Shown here: piece by piece, positions 16,557 to 25,845 of the stretch | How positions within the stretch are numbered: position 1 is the stretch's first letter | Layout: each line of letters opens with the position of its first letter | Assembly (NCBI GenBank): GCA_050012755.1 | Contig: JBEKGO010000036.1 | Coordinates: forward strand, 1 to 30,626 | Origin: Candidatus Bathyarchaeia archaeon | Lineage (GTDB): Archaea > Thermoproteota > Bathyarchaeia > Bathyarchaeales > Bathycorpusculaceae | Reading direction: 5' to 3' | DNA length: 30,626 bases | The notes under the pieces: generated by a model | Told to the model about the DNA's origin: nothing | What the model saw: the letters and a program-made list of their open reading frames with translations, nothing else | The model's database searches: none | Position numbers and translations under genes: made by a program

Positions 16557-16599
16557 TCGTAAAGGTCTCTTGACTAGGTTTAGTCAAGGTTTGTTTACT
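16557..16599. repeat. Hairpin repeat family R2, copy 2
   Basis: TC GTAAA GGTCT CTTGACT AGGTTT AGTCAAG GTTTG TTTAC T, ending 36 bp upstream of the ATG at 16521. Confidence 0.9.
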
Positions 16600-16704
16600 A
16601 TTTTTTGATTGAAATGTTCTGAGTTCGCGCCATTCCCCCGCAAATTCTTTATATCAGAGTTTAACCTTAGTAATCTTGTAGTACTTTGAAGTTGATGTTG
16701 AACC

Positions 16705-16932
16705 ATGGATTCACAAGTGACCCGTAAGGGACAGGTAACCGTTCCTGTTGAGCTAAGACGAAAATACAGCATAAGTCAAGGTGTGAAAGTATTCTTCGAA
16801 GACTCTCCAGCAGGGATTGTTCTTAAGGTCATTCCTCGATTTCAAGACTTAATCGGCGCTGACGCTGACAAGGTGGACTTGGACCAAACCTTGAAAAAAT
16901 TGGATAAGATGCGGTCAGAAGATAGGTACTAA
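16705..16932 (+). CDS. AbrB/SpoVT-family antitoxin
   Basis: VTRKGQVTVPVELRRKY motif; overlaps a PIN gene. Confidence 0.9.
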   Translation: MDSQVTRKGQVTVPVELRRKYSISQGVKVFFEDSPAGIVLKVIPRFQDLIGADADKVDLDQTLKKLDKMRSEDRY

Positions 16933-17336
16933 TGAAAGTAGTGCTGGATACTCGGTTCTTCATCACTAGTCTTGAAAGCAAAGATACTGAGTTCAGGAAA
17001 TGGTCAAAGTCGATGCTGGATTATCTTGAAAGGAAACCAAATTTTGGCATTGTTCCTTCTATTGTGATCCTTGAGCTGTATAAAATTCAGTTGGAAACTT
17101 TTGGCAAAGATGTTGCGGAAATTAGAGTTAATTCTGTTCTCGAATTAAGGTTAGAGGTTGTAAATCTTGATACTACTATCGCAATCGAGGCTGCAAAATT
17201 GCGATGCAAATATGCAGAGTTGCCGACCGCTGATGCTATAATAGCTGCCACCGCAATCAAAATGTCGGCAGACTGCGTTCTAACAGACGATAAACACTTA
17301 AATCAAATTAGGGAAACAAAAACAAAGTGGATTTAG
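16932..17336 (+). CDS. vapC: VapC/PIN-domain toxin
   Basis: VVLDT, E helix, ADAIIAATA and LTDD acidic residues. Confidence 0.9.
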   Translation: MKVVLDTRFFITSLESKDTEFRKWSKSMLDYLERKPNFGIVPSIVILELYKIQLETFGKDVAEIRVNSVLELRLEVVNLDTTIAIEAAKLRCKYAELPTADAIIAATAIKMSADCVLTDDKHLNQIRETKTKWI

Positions 17337-17377
17337 AAGAAAGAACATCATTAAGTCCTATGACAGATTGCACCTGC

Positions 17378-17426
17378 TTCTGCGCTTCTATGAAGAAGCA
17401 GAGAAACGTAAAGAAACACGCAACTT
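17378..17426. repeat. 49-bp repeat family R1, copy C
   Basis: TTCTGCGCTTCTATGAAGAAGCAGAGAAACGTAAAGAAACACGCAACTT, 42 bp after the vapC stop. Confidence 0.9.
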
Positions 17427-17805
17427 CTAAGTAGCTTTGGTCTTTCGCTAAGCACTGAGAATTTTTTTGAGAGATGCATCAAACAAGTAGTTTCGTCTTT
17501 CGATGCCCGCTATAGCGGCAACTGCTAAGGCGGTCGCTGGGGTTCTTATGGGTTTTATCTGAGCTCGCCGTTGCTCAACATGAAAAAAGTTCAAATTATT
17601 CCCGCGGCAACATTGAAACAGTTCAAAAACTCTAACCTATAAACGCCATTTTCATGCAGCATCTACAATTTCAAGCCCAATCAAAGCATAGTTTCATTGA
17701 AAATAACCCTGATTTTTGAACCTGCAAGTTCAATTTAACATCAAATTTTCGACGTGAATTATAAAGTGACGCAATAATCAAAAGATAATAAAAAATAAGA
17801 AAGAA

Positions 17806-18012
17806 TTAGATGATAATTTCTTCTTTTTGTTCTTCATAAACAGAAGGCATTATAGTTATGTAGTCTTTTTTGGGTTGTTCACGACGTATTTCGTTTGTTC
17901 TTTTTTCCTCTCCTACCACGCTTAGGAAAAAACCCATAATGAATATGCACATAAGTAAGGGAAAAAGCACAAATGTTAAGAGTTTGCTGCGTTTGCGTTT
18001 TTGAGTTACCAA
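17806..18012 (-). CDS. Small single-TM protein
   Basis: Basic N-terminus, hydrophobic helix, charged tail; AGGTG SD before TTG. Confidence 0.6.
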   Translation of the reverse strand: MVTQKRKRSKLLTFVLFPLLMCIFIMGFFLSVVGEEKRTNEIRREQPKKDYITIMPSVYEEQKEEIII

Positions 18013-18144
18013 GTTTGCACCTGGTTACTCTTCTTTGAAATAGCTAGTTAAGCTTTAATTATTGAAAATATAGATTCAAAAACACTAATTAAACAAAGTA
18101 GAAATAATCTAAAAGAAGAAGGCTTTTGTTGTTAGACTTTGAAT

Positions 18145-20562
18145 TTAGCTTTCAGTTTTTTTCTGAGGTTCAGAGGTTGCAAATTGTTTAAGTTTATCAG
18201 CATTTTCCCTTAATTGTTTATCAACCAAGTAGTTCACGGTGTTTTCTTCAAAGGTTCCATCAGGCAGTTTCATTCCAGCTTTTTTTCCTGTTAGAAACTC
18301 GATACCCTCATCGATTGTTTTGACTGCATAAATATTGAATTTGCCAGCTTTCACTGCGTCAATAACTTCTTCTTTAAGCATTAGGTTTTGCACATTGCTT
18401 TCCGGTATCATTACCCCTTGCTGTCCAGTTAATCCTTTCAGCTTGCATACTTCAAAGAAACCCTCAATTTTTTCATTGACTCCGCCTATGGCTTGGACTT
18501 CTCCTTTTTGGTTAACTGAACCCGTTACAGCTATATTCTGCTTAATTGGCAATCCAGATAGAGCTGATAAAATGCAGTATAGTTCGGTGCTTGAAGCGCT
18601 GTCTCCTTCAACGCCTTCATAGTTTTGTTCGAAAACAAGTCTTGCGGAAAGGCTCAGTGGTTTGTCTTTGGCGTATTTTTCGTTTATGTAGCCGCTGAGA
18701 ATTAAGACGCCTTTTGTGTGTATTGGTCCACCCATTTTTGCTTCTCTTTCAATATCCATTACGCCTTCTCTGCCTAGACCTATACTAGCTGTAACGCGTG
18801 AAGGATTTCCGAAGGCAAAATCGCCAAGACCCATGACTGACAACCCGTTCACTTGACCCACGCTTTGATCAACGGTATCAATGAGGAAGAAGCCACGTTT
18901 TATCATTTCTTGGATTTTTTCTTGTATTAGTTTTGAGCGGTATACTTTTTCTTCTATCGCTTTTTTGACATGCTCTCCCGTGATAAACTCGGAGTTATCT
19001 TGTGTCGCATAAAAGTTGGCTTCGCGAATTATGTCGGCTATGTGGGCAAATTGTATGGATAGTTTGTATTGGTCGTCTGCAACTCTTGAGCTATATTCAA
19101 CCAGTTTTGCTACTCCTGTGCCATCAAGGTGTTTCATGTTTTCCTTTTCGCATAGACCGCAAACCCAAGCGGCATATTGTCCTACTTTTTCATCGGTTCT
19201 GTCCATCACATAATCAAATTCTGCTTTAATTTTGAAAAGTTCTTTGAAATCGTTATCCAATTGGAACATCATTTGGTAAAGATAGGGGTCTCCAATGAGG
19301 ATTACTTTGGCTGACAAAGGAATGGGTTGGGGCTTGAGGGTTTTAACGCTGAGAAATCCGTAGCGTTCTTCGGGTTCTTCAATAACTATATTTCCTTCTC
19401 TAAGATCCCGTTTCAAACCGTCATATGAGAATGGGTTTCTTAATAATTCTTCAACTGGAATAATTAGGTATCCGCCGTTAGCTTTGTGTATGGCTCCAGC
19501 TCTAATCATTGAAAAGTCAGTTGTTAGAGCACCGAACTGTGCTTCTTTTTCTGTTCTTCCAAGAAGGTTGGGGTAAGTAGGGTGAGTTTCCACAATTACG
19601 GGCGCACCTTTGGTTTCTGAGTTGTCGATGATAACGTTTACCTCATATTTCTTGTATGGGTCCTCTTTCATCCATGGCATGGCAAACGGAAGCATGTCTT
19701 GAGGCTCGCCGCCTCCTCTCCTCACAAATTGACTCAGATTATCCAAAATGTCATTTTCTACGGCCCTAAGGTAAGCGGTCACTTCAGGAGTATTTTTGTA
19801 CTTTTCATTAAGGATTTCCATTTGATTGCCAATTGCATAGAGAGCGACTTCTTTGTTCAGCTTTTTCAACGCATCGTGAATTTTTCTTTCCATGTCGATA
19901 AGCTGGCGCATTGTACTTCTGAATTCGGTCTCCAGCGATTCCCTTTTTTCACTGATTTTATCCTTCAATTTTTGAGGTAACGCTAACATTTCTTCTTCGC
20001 TTAGCGGTTTGCCATCTAGCACTGGAATAAGAAGCAATCCAATTGGTGTAGCTTGAATCACAAATCCCTCTCTTTGAGCCTTGACACTTAGTTCATCAAT
20101 TAACTGCTTTCGCTGATTTTCTAATCCATGAATAGTAGCGTCTCGTCTTGCAGCATAGTCCTCGCTTTCAAAAGCTTTAGGTAAGGCATTTTTAATGTTT
20201 TCAATGAAGTTTTTCATGTCTTCTTTGAATTCTTTCCCTTTTCCAGCCGGCAACTGAATTGCCTTCGGCTCATACTGATTTGCAAAATTGTTGACATAGC
20301 ACCAGTCAGGCGGAACTGGCCGAGTTTTAGCTTGGGCTTCAACAAAATTTTTAACCGCGGTTTTTCTTCCAGTTCCAGGATAACCTGCAACGTACATGTT
20401 GAAACCGTGGTTTTTTATGCCGAGGCCGAATTTTAAGGCTCGAACGGCTCTTTCTTGGCCAATAATTTCGCTCAGAGGTACAAGGTCATGAGTTGATTCA
20501 CACTGCATAAGAGTTGGATCACATTCTCTTCTAAGCTTCTCTATTGGTAAAGCATTAACCAT
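18145..20562 (-). CDS. Lon-like protease, LonC type (degenerate AAA module, coiled-coil insert, S16 protease domain)
   Basis: IIGQERAV, degenerate Walker A GYPGTGRKT, GAIHKANGG, catalytic Ser in EGDSAS and Lys in GGVNEKIEGF. Confidence 0.9.
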   Translation of the reverse strand: MVNALPIEKLRRECDPTLMQCESTHDLVPLSEIIGQERAVRALKFGLGIKNHGFNMYVAGYPGTGRKTAVKNFVEAQAKTRPVPPDWCYVNNFANQYEPKAIQLPAGKGKEFKEDMKNFIENIKNALPKAFESEDYAARRDATIHGLENQRKQLIDELSVKAQREGFVIQATPIGLLLIPVLDGKPLSEEEMLALPQKLKDKISEKRESLETEFRSTMRQLIDMERKIHDALKKLNKEVALYAIGNQMEILNEKYKNTPEVTAYLRAVENDILDNLSQFVRRGGGEPQDMLPFAMPWMKEDPYKKYEVNVIIDNSETKGAPVIVETHPTYPNLLGRTEKEAQFGALTTDFSMIRAGAIHKANGGYLIIPVEELLRNPFSYDGLKRDLREGNIVIEEPEERYGFLSVKTLKPQPIPLSAKVILIGDPYLYQMMFQLDNDFKELFKIKAEFDYVMDRTDEKVGQYAAWVCGLCEKENMKHLDGTGVAKLVEYSSRVADDQYKLSIQFAHIADIIREANFYATQDNSEFITGEHVKKAIEEKVYRSKLIQEKIQEMIKRGFFLIDTVDQSVGQVNGLSVMGLGDFAFGNPSRVTASIGLGREGVMDIEREAKMGGPIHTKGVLILSGYINEKYAKDKPLSLSARLVFEQNYEGVEGDSASSTELYCILSALSGLPIKQNIAVTGSVNQKGEVQAIGGVNEKIEGFFEVCKLKGLTGQQGVMIPESNVQNLMLKEEVIDAVKAGKFNIYAVKTIDEGIEFLTGKKAGMKLPDGTFEENTVNYLVDKQLRENADKLKQFATSEPQKKTES

Positions 20563-20661
20563 ATCGAAGTCACTTCGTTTAAAATCTCTAAGTAACTTTT
20601 AATTTGCTGGGTAATTAAGTTTCTGTTAGCTGATTTTCCAGCTTCTGACTAATGTTTACGC

Positions 20662-21210
20662 TCATCTATTCAATTCGATAAACCGTTTTATTAATTCTTG
20701 ATTTCTAACTTCAGGATGAAAAAGTGCGCCGTAAATTGGCTTTGTTTTATGCTTAATGAATTGAATGCATTTGGCTGATTTTGCCCAAACCTCGAATTCC
20801 TCGGAAGTCTCAACGCAGTAGCTGTGAAGCGAGTATGCCTTGAAGTCTGCGGAGAAAAGCGGGTTATCCTTAAGCGAAATTATGTGTGTCATACCGATTT
20901 CCAAACATTTAACCAAACGTGCCCCGAAAACCATTCCAATAGTTTCCATGCCTGCACAGATGCCCAGCACGGGTTTTTCTGTTTCTTTTAGCCATTGAAA
21001 TCTTACTGCATTGTCTAAAGTCGCCATGTCCTTGAGAGCTGTTCCTGAAAGAATGACGCTGCTGCACTGGTTTAGGTCTTGGCTGGTTACTTCAAGATAA
21101 TGTTTTATTGCGCAATCGTTCATTGTTTCGGCAACTGCTGCTATTGGGAGTACGAACTCGTAGTAGCCGAGGGAATTCTTCTTCCAATTCATATCAATTA
21201 TAAGAATCAT
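20662..21210 (-). CDS. Stand-alone class I glutamine amidotransferase
   Basis: ILSG, nucleophile LGICAG and FHPE complete the Cys-His-Glu triad. Confidence 0.88.
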   Translation of the reverse strand: MILIIDMNWKKNSLGYYEFVLPIAAVAETMNDCAIKHYLEVTSQDLNQCSSVILSGTALKDMATLDNAVRFQWLKETEKPVLGICAGMETIGMVFGARLVKCLEIGMTHIISLKDNPLFSADFKAYSLHSYCVETSEEFEVWAKSAKCIQFIKHKTKPIYGALFHPEVRNQELIKRFIELNR

Positions 21211-21887
21211 TTTGGAACCAGCTTGGCTTGTTTAATCTCTAAAACCCCAGAGTTTCCTTTTGCTTCGATGCGATAATCAAGAATTTCGATTTTTTTTTGG
21301 AAAAGCGGCGTATCCAAAACGGTTGTTTCGATTTCACCGCCCTCTCCTGAAGGGCTTATCCCATATTTTTGCTGAAGCTCAACTAGCCTATCTATCATTT
21401 TGGCGTCGATTTGTTTTCCAAGCCATTTTTCATCAAGCGGATAAGCAAAAATCCCCGAAATAATCACTTTAAACTTTTTTTCAAGAAGTTCTTCCAAAAG
21501 TGCTTTCTGATCATGCTTCCACAGCGGGTTAAAACACCATAGCCCCAGCCTATTACAGATGCGTTGAACGCGTTCTGCTTGGTAAACCGATTCAATTGCA
21601 CCTGTTGCCACACCCTCTATCTGATATTTTTTTGCTGCCTGGGCAATTGCATTTTCTAAATCTAAGAGTTCTTTTTCCTTTTCTCCTTGAGTTATCTTTG
21701 TTATTTTGGGTAATCCTAAAGCTTGTGCTTGGAGACTTGTGAGGTCAATGTTTGGAGTATGGAACATGTAGCTTTCCTTGTTTTCTGAAATAAGGGTGAT
21801 GAGGCAAACCACTTCTTCTTTTTCTGCTGCGTGATGAAGGGCAAGTGTTGAGTCTTTGCCTCCTGAGAATAAAACTCCAAGTCGCAT
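21207..21887 (-). CDS. dph6: Diphthine--ammonia ligase (Dph6/MJ0570 family); start reassigned to ATG 21887
   Basis: PP-loop LFSGGKDS, SYMFH, GAIESVYQ, PLW, GEGGEIET. Confidence 0.88.
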   Translation of the reverse strand: MRLGVLFSGGKDSTLALHHAAEKEEVVCLITLISENKESYMFHTPNIDLTSLQAQALGLPKITKITQGEKEKELLDLENAIAQAAKKYQIEGVATGAIESVYQAERVQRICNRLGLWCFNPLWKHDQKALLEELLEKKFKVIISGIFAYPLDEKWLGKQIDAKMIDRLVELQQKYGISPSGEGGEIETTVLDTPLFQKKIEILDYRIEAKGNSGVLEIKQAKLVPK

Positions 21888-21942
21888 GGCTACCCTAAAA
21901 ATGAAAACTGGTTTATATGCCTGTTTGAAACAGGCACTTGTC

Positions 21943-23136
21943 TTAGACTTTGACGTTGCAAACATTCAGGATGGCTTTGAGCTTCTTTATTATTTCTGCG
22001 CTGACCTTCTTGTGAAGCACATAAACTGATATGGCATATCCGCTGTTGCCAATTTGTCTTGAATAGTTGGCTCTTATGTTTATGTCATTGTCAGCTAACA
22101 CCTTGTCAATGTTTGCGAACACACCAGGTACATCTCGATGATGAATGAATAAGGTGTAAACGGGTTTTTCTTCCAATTCTATATTTTCGCCTGCGTTTAC
22201 TGCGTTGATGAAGTCTCCGCCTAAAAGATACCCTGAAATTACACGGGCAATCTCAGTTGACGTTTCTCTCTGAGCTTCGATAGTTGAGGCACCAAGATGG
22301 CTGCTTAAAACAAGGTTATCTAGGTCTTTGAGTTTGATTTTGAATTCAGCCCCCTCAGCTTTAGGCTCATCAGCGTAAACGTCTATTGCGGCACCTGCGA
22401 TTTTTCCATCTTTTAGTGCTTTGTACAGCGCTTGTTCGTCAATGTTGCTGCCTCTTGAAGTGTTTACTAGGTAAGCGGTTTTTTTCATTAATTTGAATTC
22501 TTTTTCGCCGATGACAACTTCTCTTCCGCCTGTGTGGAGGCTGATGTAATCGGCTTTTGAAATGACTTCTTCTTTTGTCATGAATTTTATACCCGATTCT
22601 AGACAAGGTTTTATGTCATAACCAATGACTTCCATCTCAAAGCCGCGGTGAGCAATCTCTGCCAGTTTTTGTCCAATTCTTCCGCAGCCTAAAATGCCTA
22701 ACGTTTTGTACGAGATCTCTGTGCCTTTTAGTTTTTCTTTTTTCCAAACCCCATTTTTTAATGAATGATGAGCTTGAGGAGTGTTTCTTGAGATTGCAAG
22801 CATTAAAGCAATCGTTAACTCTGCCACTGCGTTGGTGCTTCCGTAAGGGGCAGATTTTACAACTATTCCGTTTTCTGAGGCGGCTGCAACATCAATATTG
22901 TCATAGCCGACTCCCGCTCTTCCAATAATTTTGAGTTTTCCTTTGGCGCCTGCTTCAATAATTTCTCTTGTGACTTTGGTTGCGCTTCGCACAATTAACG
23001 CGTCAAACTCTGCTATGTCGGCGATAAGCTTTTGGTGGTCTCTTTTTTGTGTGTCTGTCTCTATGCCTGCGTTTTGGAAGAGTTGCAACCCTTCTTTTTC
23101 TAAACCATCGTTAAGTAGTACCTTCACTTTAGCCAA
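21943..23136 (-). CDS. serA: D-3-phosphoglycerate dehydrogenase with C-terminal ACT domain
   Basis: IVRSATKV, RAGVGYDNID, GCGRIG, NTSRG, HLGASTIEAQ, ACT-like HRDVPGV. Confidence 0.85.
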   Translation of the reverse strand: MAKVKVLLNDGLEKEGLQLFQNAGIETDTQKRDHQKLIADIAEFDALIVRSATKVTREIIEAGAKGKLKIIGRAGVGYDNIDVAAASENGIVVKSAPYGSTNAVAELTIALMLAISRNTPQAHHSLKNGVWKKEKLKGTEISYKTLGILGCGRIGQKLAEIAHRGFEMEVIGYDIKPCLESGIKFMTKEEVISKADYISLHTGGREVVIGEKEFKLMKKTAYLVNTSRGSNIDEQALYKALKDGKIAGAAIDVYADEPKAEGAEFKIKLKDLDNLVLSSHLGASTIEAQRETSTEIARVISGYLLGGDFINAVNAGENIELEEKPVYTLFIHHRDVPGVFANIDKVLADNDINIRANYSRQIGNSGYAISVYVLHKKVSAEIIKKLKAILNVCNVKV

Positions 23137-23231
23137 CTCCTTTTAGTGGTTATCACGCTTAAGATTTAAAGTTGATTAGCAAAAGATACTTAAAATCTTT
23201 TAGAAGACCTGAATTTTTGCGTTTTGATCGA

Positions 23232-23516
23232 TTAAGCTTTTGCTTTCAAAAGACGAACTTGCTCTTTGGTCAGTTTAGTTGATACTACGTCAAAGGTAGA
23301 TACTACACGGCAGTAAGGGCATTTCAGCCGTCTATTTCGCCCACGATATAGAGAAATAAAGCTGGCTCCTGGAACCCAATGATAATTGAATTTTTTCTTG
23401 CATCTTGGACACGTAAGTCTCGAAACAGTGTGTGGACCATACCTTGGAAGTAACATAAAAACCGCTATGAAAACTAAAGCTGTTATGATAATATAGAGAT
23501 ACAGAAGGTCTGCCAT
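23232..23516 (-). CDS. Membrane-anchored zinc-ribbon protein
   Basis: N-terminal TM helix; CPRC and CPYC. Confidence 0.7.
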   Translation of the reverse strand: MADLLYLYIIITALVFIAVFMLLPRYGPHTVSRLTCPRCKKKFNYHWVPGASFISLYRGRNRRLKCPYCRVVSTFDVVSTKLTKEQVRLLKAKA

Positions 23517-23633
23517 GGATTATTCAGCTTTTAAAGAGAATTTTACTTATTAGGATTTAAGCTTAGTCTTTAGTCACACAGCTTTCTGCCCAAGTTTTTC
23601 TTGTTTTTTAAGAAAAAGCTATGAAAGCTTTAG

Positions 23634-24971
23634 CTAAGCCTTTTTTATATAGCTGAGTGCTTCTTCAACGTTTTGGAAGCAATACTTAACTCCGCTAAAC
23701 TCCTTGCGCAAAGACAACACGTCTTCTTTAACCTCTGCAGGTTTACGTTTACTCTTTATGACGTCAAGCATGAGGTCGCATAGATGTTTAATGTCGCCCT
23801 CGCCAAAACCTCGTCTGGTTACGTCTTGGAATCCGATTCGCAAGCCTGAAGGGTCTTCTTTGCTGCTTTGGTTATCGTAGGGCAAGAGGTTCTTGTTTAA
23901 GATGATGTTTGCGTCTTCAAGATCTTGTGCTATCTTGTTCCCACCGCCATAACTGCGGATATCGACGGCGATTTGATGAGACCGGGTGAAGCCTTTTTTC
24001 TCTGCAAGAACTTTCACACCATTTTCGCATAGATATTGTCCTGCTGTCTGAGCGTTTCTCACTATTTGCCTTGCCAATTCTGCGCCGAAAACTTTCATCT
24101 CTAAAGCTGCGATGCCAAGTGCAGGTAACCTGCCTAGATGTGTACTCGAGGCGCTTAGAGGGAAAATGGCGAACTGGATTTTTTTCACAGCTTTCTCCAG
24201 TGATGCGTTGGTTGGGCTGCCCATTATGACGCCGCCTTGAGGTCCTGGGAAAGTTTTGTGAGTTGATGAAGTGATGAAATCTGCGCCTTCTCGGAGGGGA
24301 TCTTGGAATTGTCCGCCTGCAATTAAGCCCAGAACGTGGGATGCGTCGTAGGCTATGTATGCGCCTACTTCTTCACAGACGGCTCTCAACTCTTTAATTG
24401 GATGCGGAAACAAAAATAAACTGCCGCCGAAAGTAACAATGCCCGGTTTGGCAGCGCGTATGACGTACGCAGACTTTTCAGGGTCAATATTGAATTCGTC
24501 TGTGTCGTAAACATGATTAATATTATCTAAACCCAAAATGTTGCCTGCTAAACCCGTGTAATCATGCGAGATGTGCGCGCCGCAGCTTAGAGGGGTGACA
24601 ACCATTTTGTTGTTTTTTGAAGCTAACGATAAACCTTTAAACGTGGCTAAGTTTGCGTGAGTGCCTGAAACCAATCTTACGTCCGCCCAAGTTGACTTGA
24701 AAAGGCTTTTCATTAAATCGGTTGAGAAGTCTTCGATTTGCGTCATGTATTTTTGACCTTGATAGTACCGTTTTTTCACGTGCCCTTGTTGGTCATTTTC
24801 GCCTTCTGCATATCTGCATGCAAGATCATGTGAAAAGTCAAGCATTTGGTTGACTGCAGGCGATTTGAGTCCTTCGCTTGCGATTATGTTTACGCATTCT
24901 TTGTCTCGGTATTGTTCGTGTTTGCGAGATGCTGCAATTAGGTTTTGGAATAGGTCGGAGAATTTTTCCAT
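23634..24971 (-). CDS. glyA: Serine hydroxymethyltransferase (archaeal type)
   Basis: IIASE, RYAEG, RYYQG, YDASHVLGLIAG, PLP lysine in STHKTFPGPQGG, PSGLRIG. Confidence 0.95.
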   Translation of the reverse strand: MEKFSDLFQNLIAASRKHEQYRDKECVNIIASEGLKSPAVNQMLDFSHDLACRYAEGENDQQGHVKKRYYQGQKYMTQIEDFSTDLMKSLFKSTWADVRLVSGTHANLATFKGLSLASKNNKMVVTPLSCGAHISHDYTGLAGNILGLDNINHVYDTDEFNIDPEKSAYVIRAAKPGIVTFGGSLFLFPHPIKELRAVCEEVGAYIAYDASHVLGLIAGGQFQDPLREGADFITSSTHKTFPGPQGGVIMGSPTNASLEKAVKKIQFAIFPLSASSTHLGRLPALGIAALEMKVFGAELARQIVRNAQTAGQYLCENGVKVLAEKKGFTRSHQIAVDIRSYGGGNKIAQDLEDANIILNKNLLPYDNQSSKEDPSGLRIGFQDVTRRGFGEGDIKHLCDLMLDVIKSKRKPAEVKEDVLSLRKEFSGVKYCFQNVEEALSYIKKA

Positions 24972-25114
24972 TTTTATGTTTTCCCCACGCTTAAATCATC
25001 AACGGAATTAGGCTTAGCAGTATTTAGCCGTTGCTGGAAACAAGTTGGAGTTTAAGGGAGGTCGTATGGTTGAGTTGGATTGTTCAGATTTACTTGGGAA
25101 ATTCTTTTTCGATA

Positions 25115-25281
25115 GACCCCCGGTACATGAGAGTATGTTGACATATGTTGAAACCTTATGATTTGTACATGAGAAAAATCAATTTTCAATTGAATTTAGT
25201 TGATCAGTTCTTAGTGACAGGCTGCGTGGAGAATACGATTTTCTCAGAGATCCCCGGATCATGAAACCATGTTGACCCATG
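25115..25281. repeat. Two imperfect 33-bp direct repeats (25115-25147 and 25249-25281) upstream of glyA
   Basis: GACCCCCGGTACATGAGAGTATGTTGACATATG versus GATCCCCGGATCATGAAACCATGTTGACCCATG, 25/33 identical. Confidence 0.65.
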
Positions 25282-25377
25282 ATACCCCCTATTTATAGGG
25301 GTACAAAACCTGTAGATGGTATCACCCAATTTTCCCATTTGTTTGTTAGGTAAATAAATCCAAAAAGTCTAATTATG

Positions 25378-25801
25378 CTAAAGCATGTAGAGGGCTATGT
25401 ACACTATTTCTCCTGAGAGGAATGCAAACCACCAGATGCCGAAGAGAATCTTTTAATTTTGGATGCCACTTGTTAGGCGCCTTATGTTTGAGCATTGACA
25501 AGCCAATTGCGAGAACAGCCACTTCAAGAGCCATTACCAAAACTGCGACTGCACCGTGGATACCAAAGTAAACATCCAACGTAGGAGTCAACTTCAAAGT
25601 TGAGCCATCCACTGCTCCACCGAAAGTCCGGTACAGCATGTAATCGATGGACAATAATAAGTCCCATGAAATTGCAAGGATGGCTGAGACAGGGTGAAAT
25701 CGGTTTTTCTTTCTGCCGCTTAAGAATGCGTGGCAAAATAGGAAAGCAACTGGAATTAAGCCGACAGCAACTATTGTGCTTGAAAGTGGAGCAACAGTCA
25801 T
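25378..25801 (-). pseudogene. Four-TM membrane protein (DUF420-like) with a frameshift before the last helix
   Basis: A shift near 25451-25454 gives ...WHPKL-KILFGIWWFAFLSGEIVYIALYML* in place of the polar tail shown in the ORF track. Confidence 0.65.
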
Positions 25802-25845
25802 GGTAAACTATCCAGTTTTTAGAAGCTTTATCATGCGCTTGCTAA

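Larger units (their letters stand above)
2480..17470. mobile_element. Accessory island: TA/defence genes, a virus-derived packaging operon and surface-protein cassettes; boundaries approximate
   Basis: High density of TA genes, pseudogenes, repeats and viral genes between tRNA-Glu and core genes. No integrase or att duplication was found. Confidence 0.6.

Noticed and set aside
13089-16599. Canonical integron attC sites
   Set aside because: No RYYYAAC/GTTRRRY ends and no integron integrase in the window; kept only as a structural analogy.
11783-17426. CRISPR array
   Set aside because: Repeats are kilobases apart and separated by genes, and there are no cas genes.
17500-17580. GC-rich patch as a riboswitch or sRNA
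   Set aside because: Only short alternative stems and no recognisable aptamer consensus; it may be a gene remnant.
25115-25305. Canonical Orc1/Cdc6 replication origin
   Set aside because: No TTCCAGTGGAAAC-type ORB and no cdc6 gene nearby.
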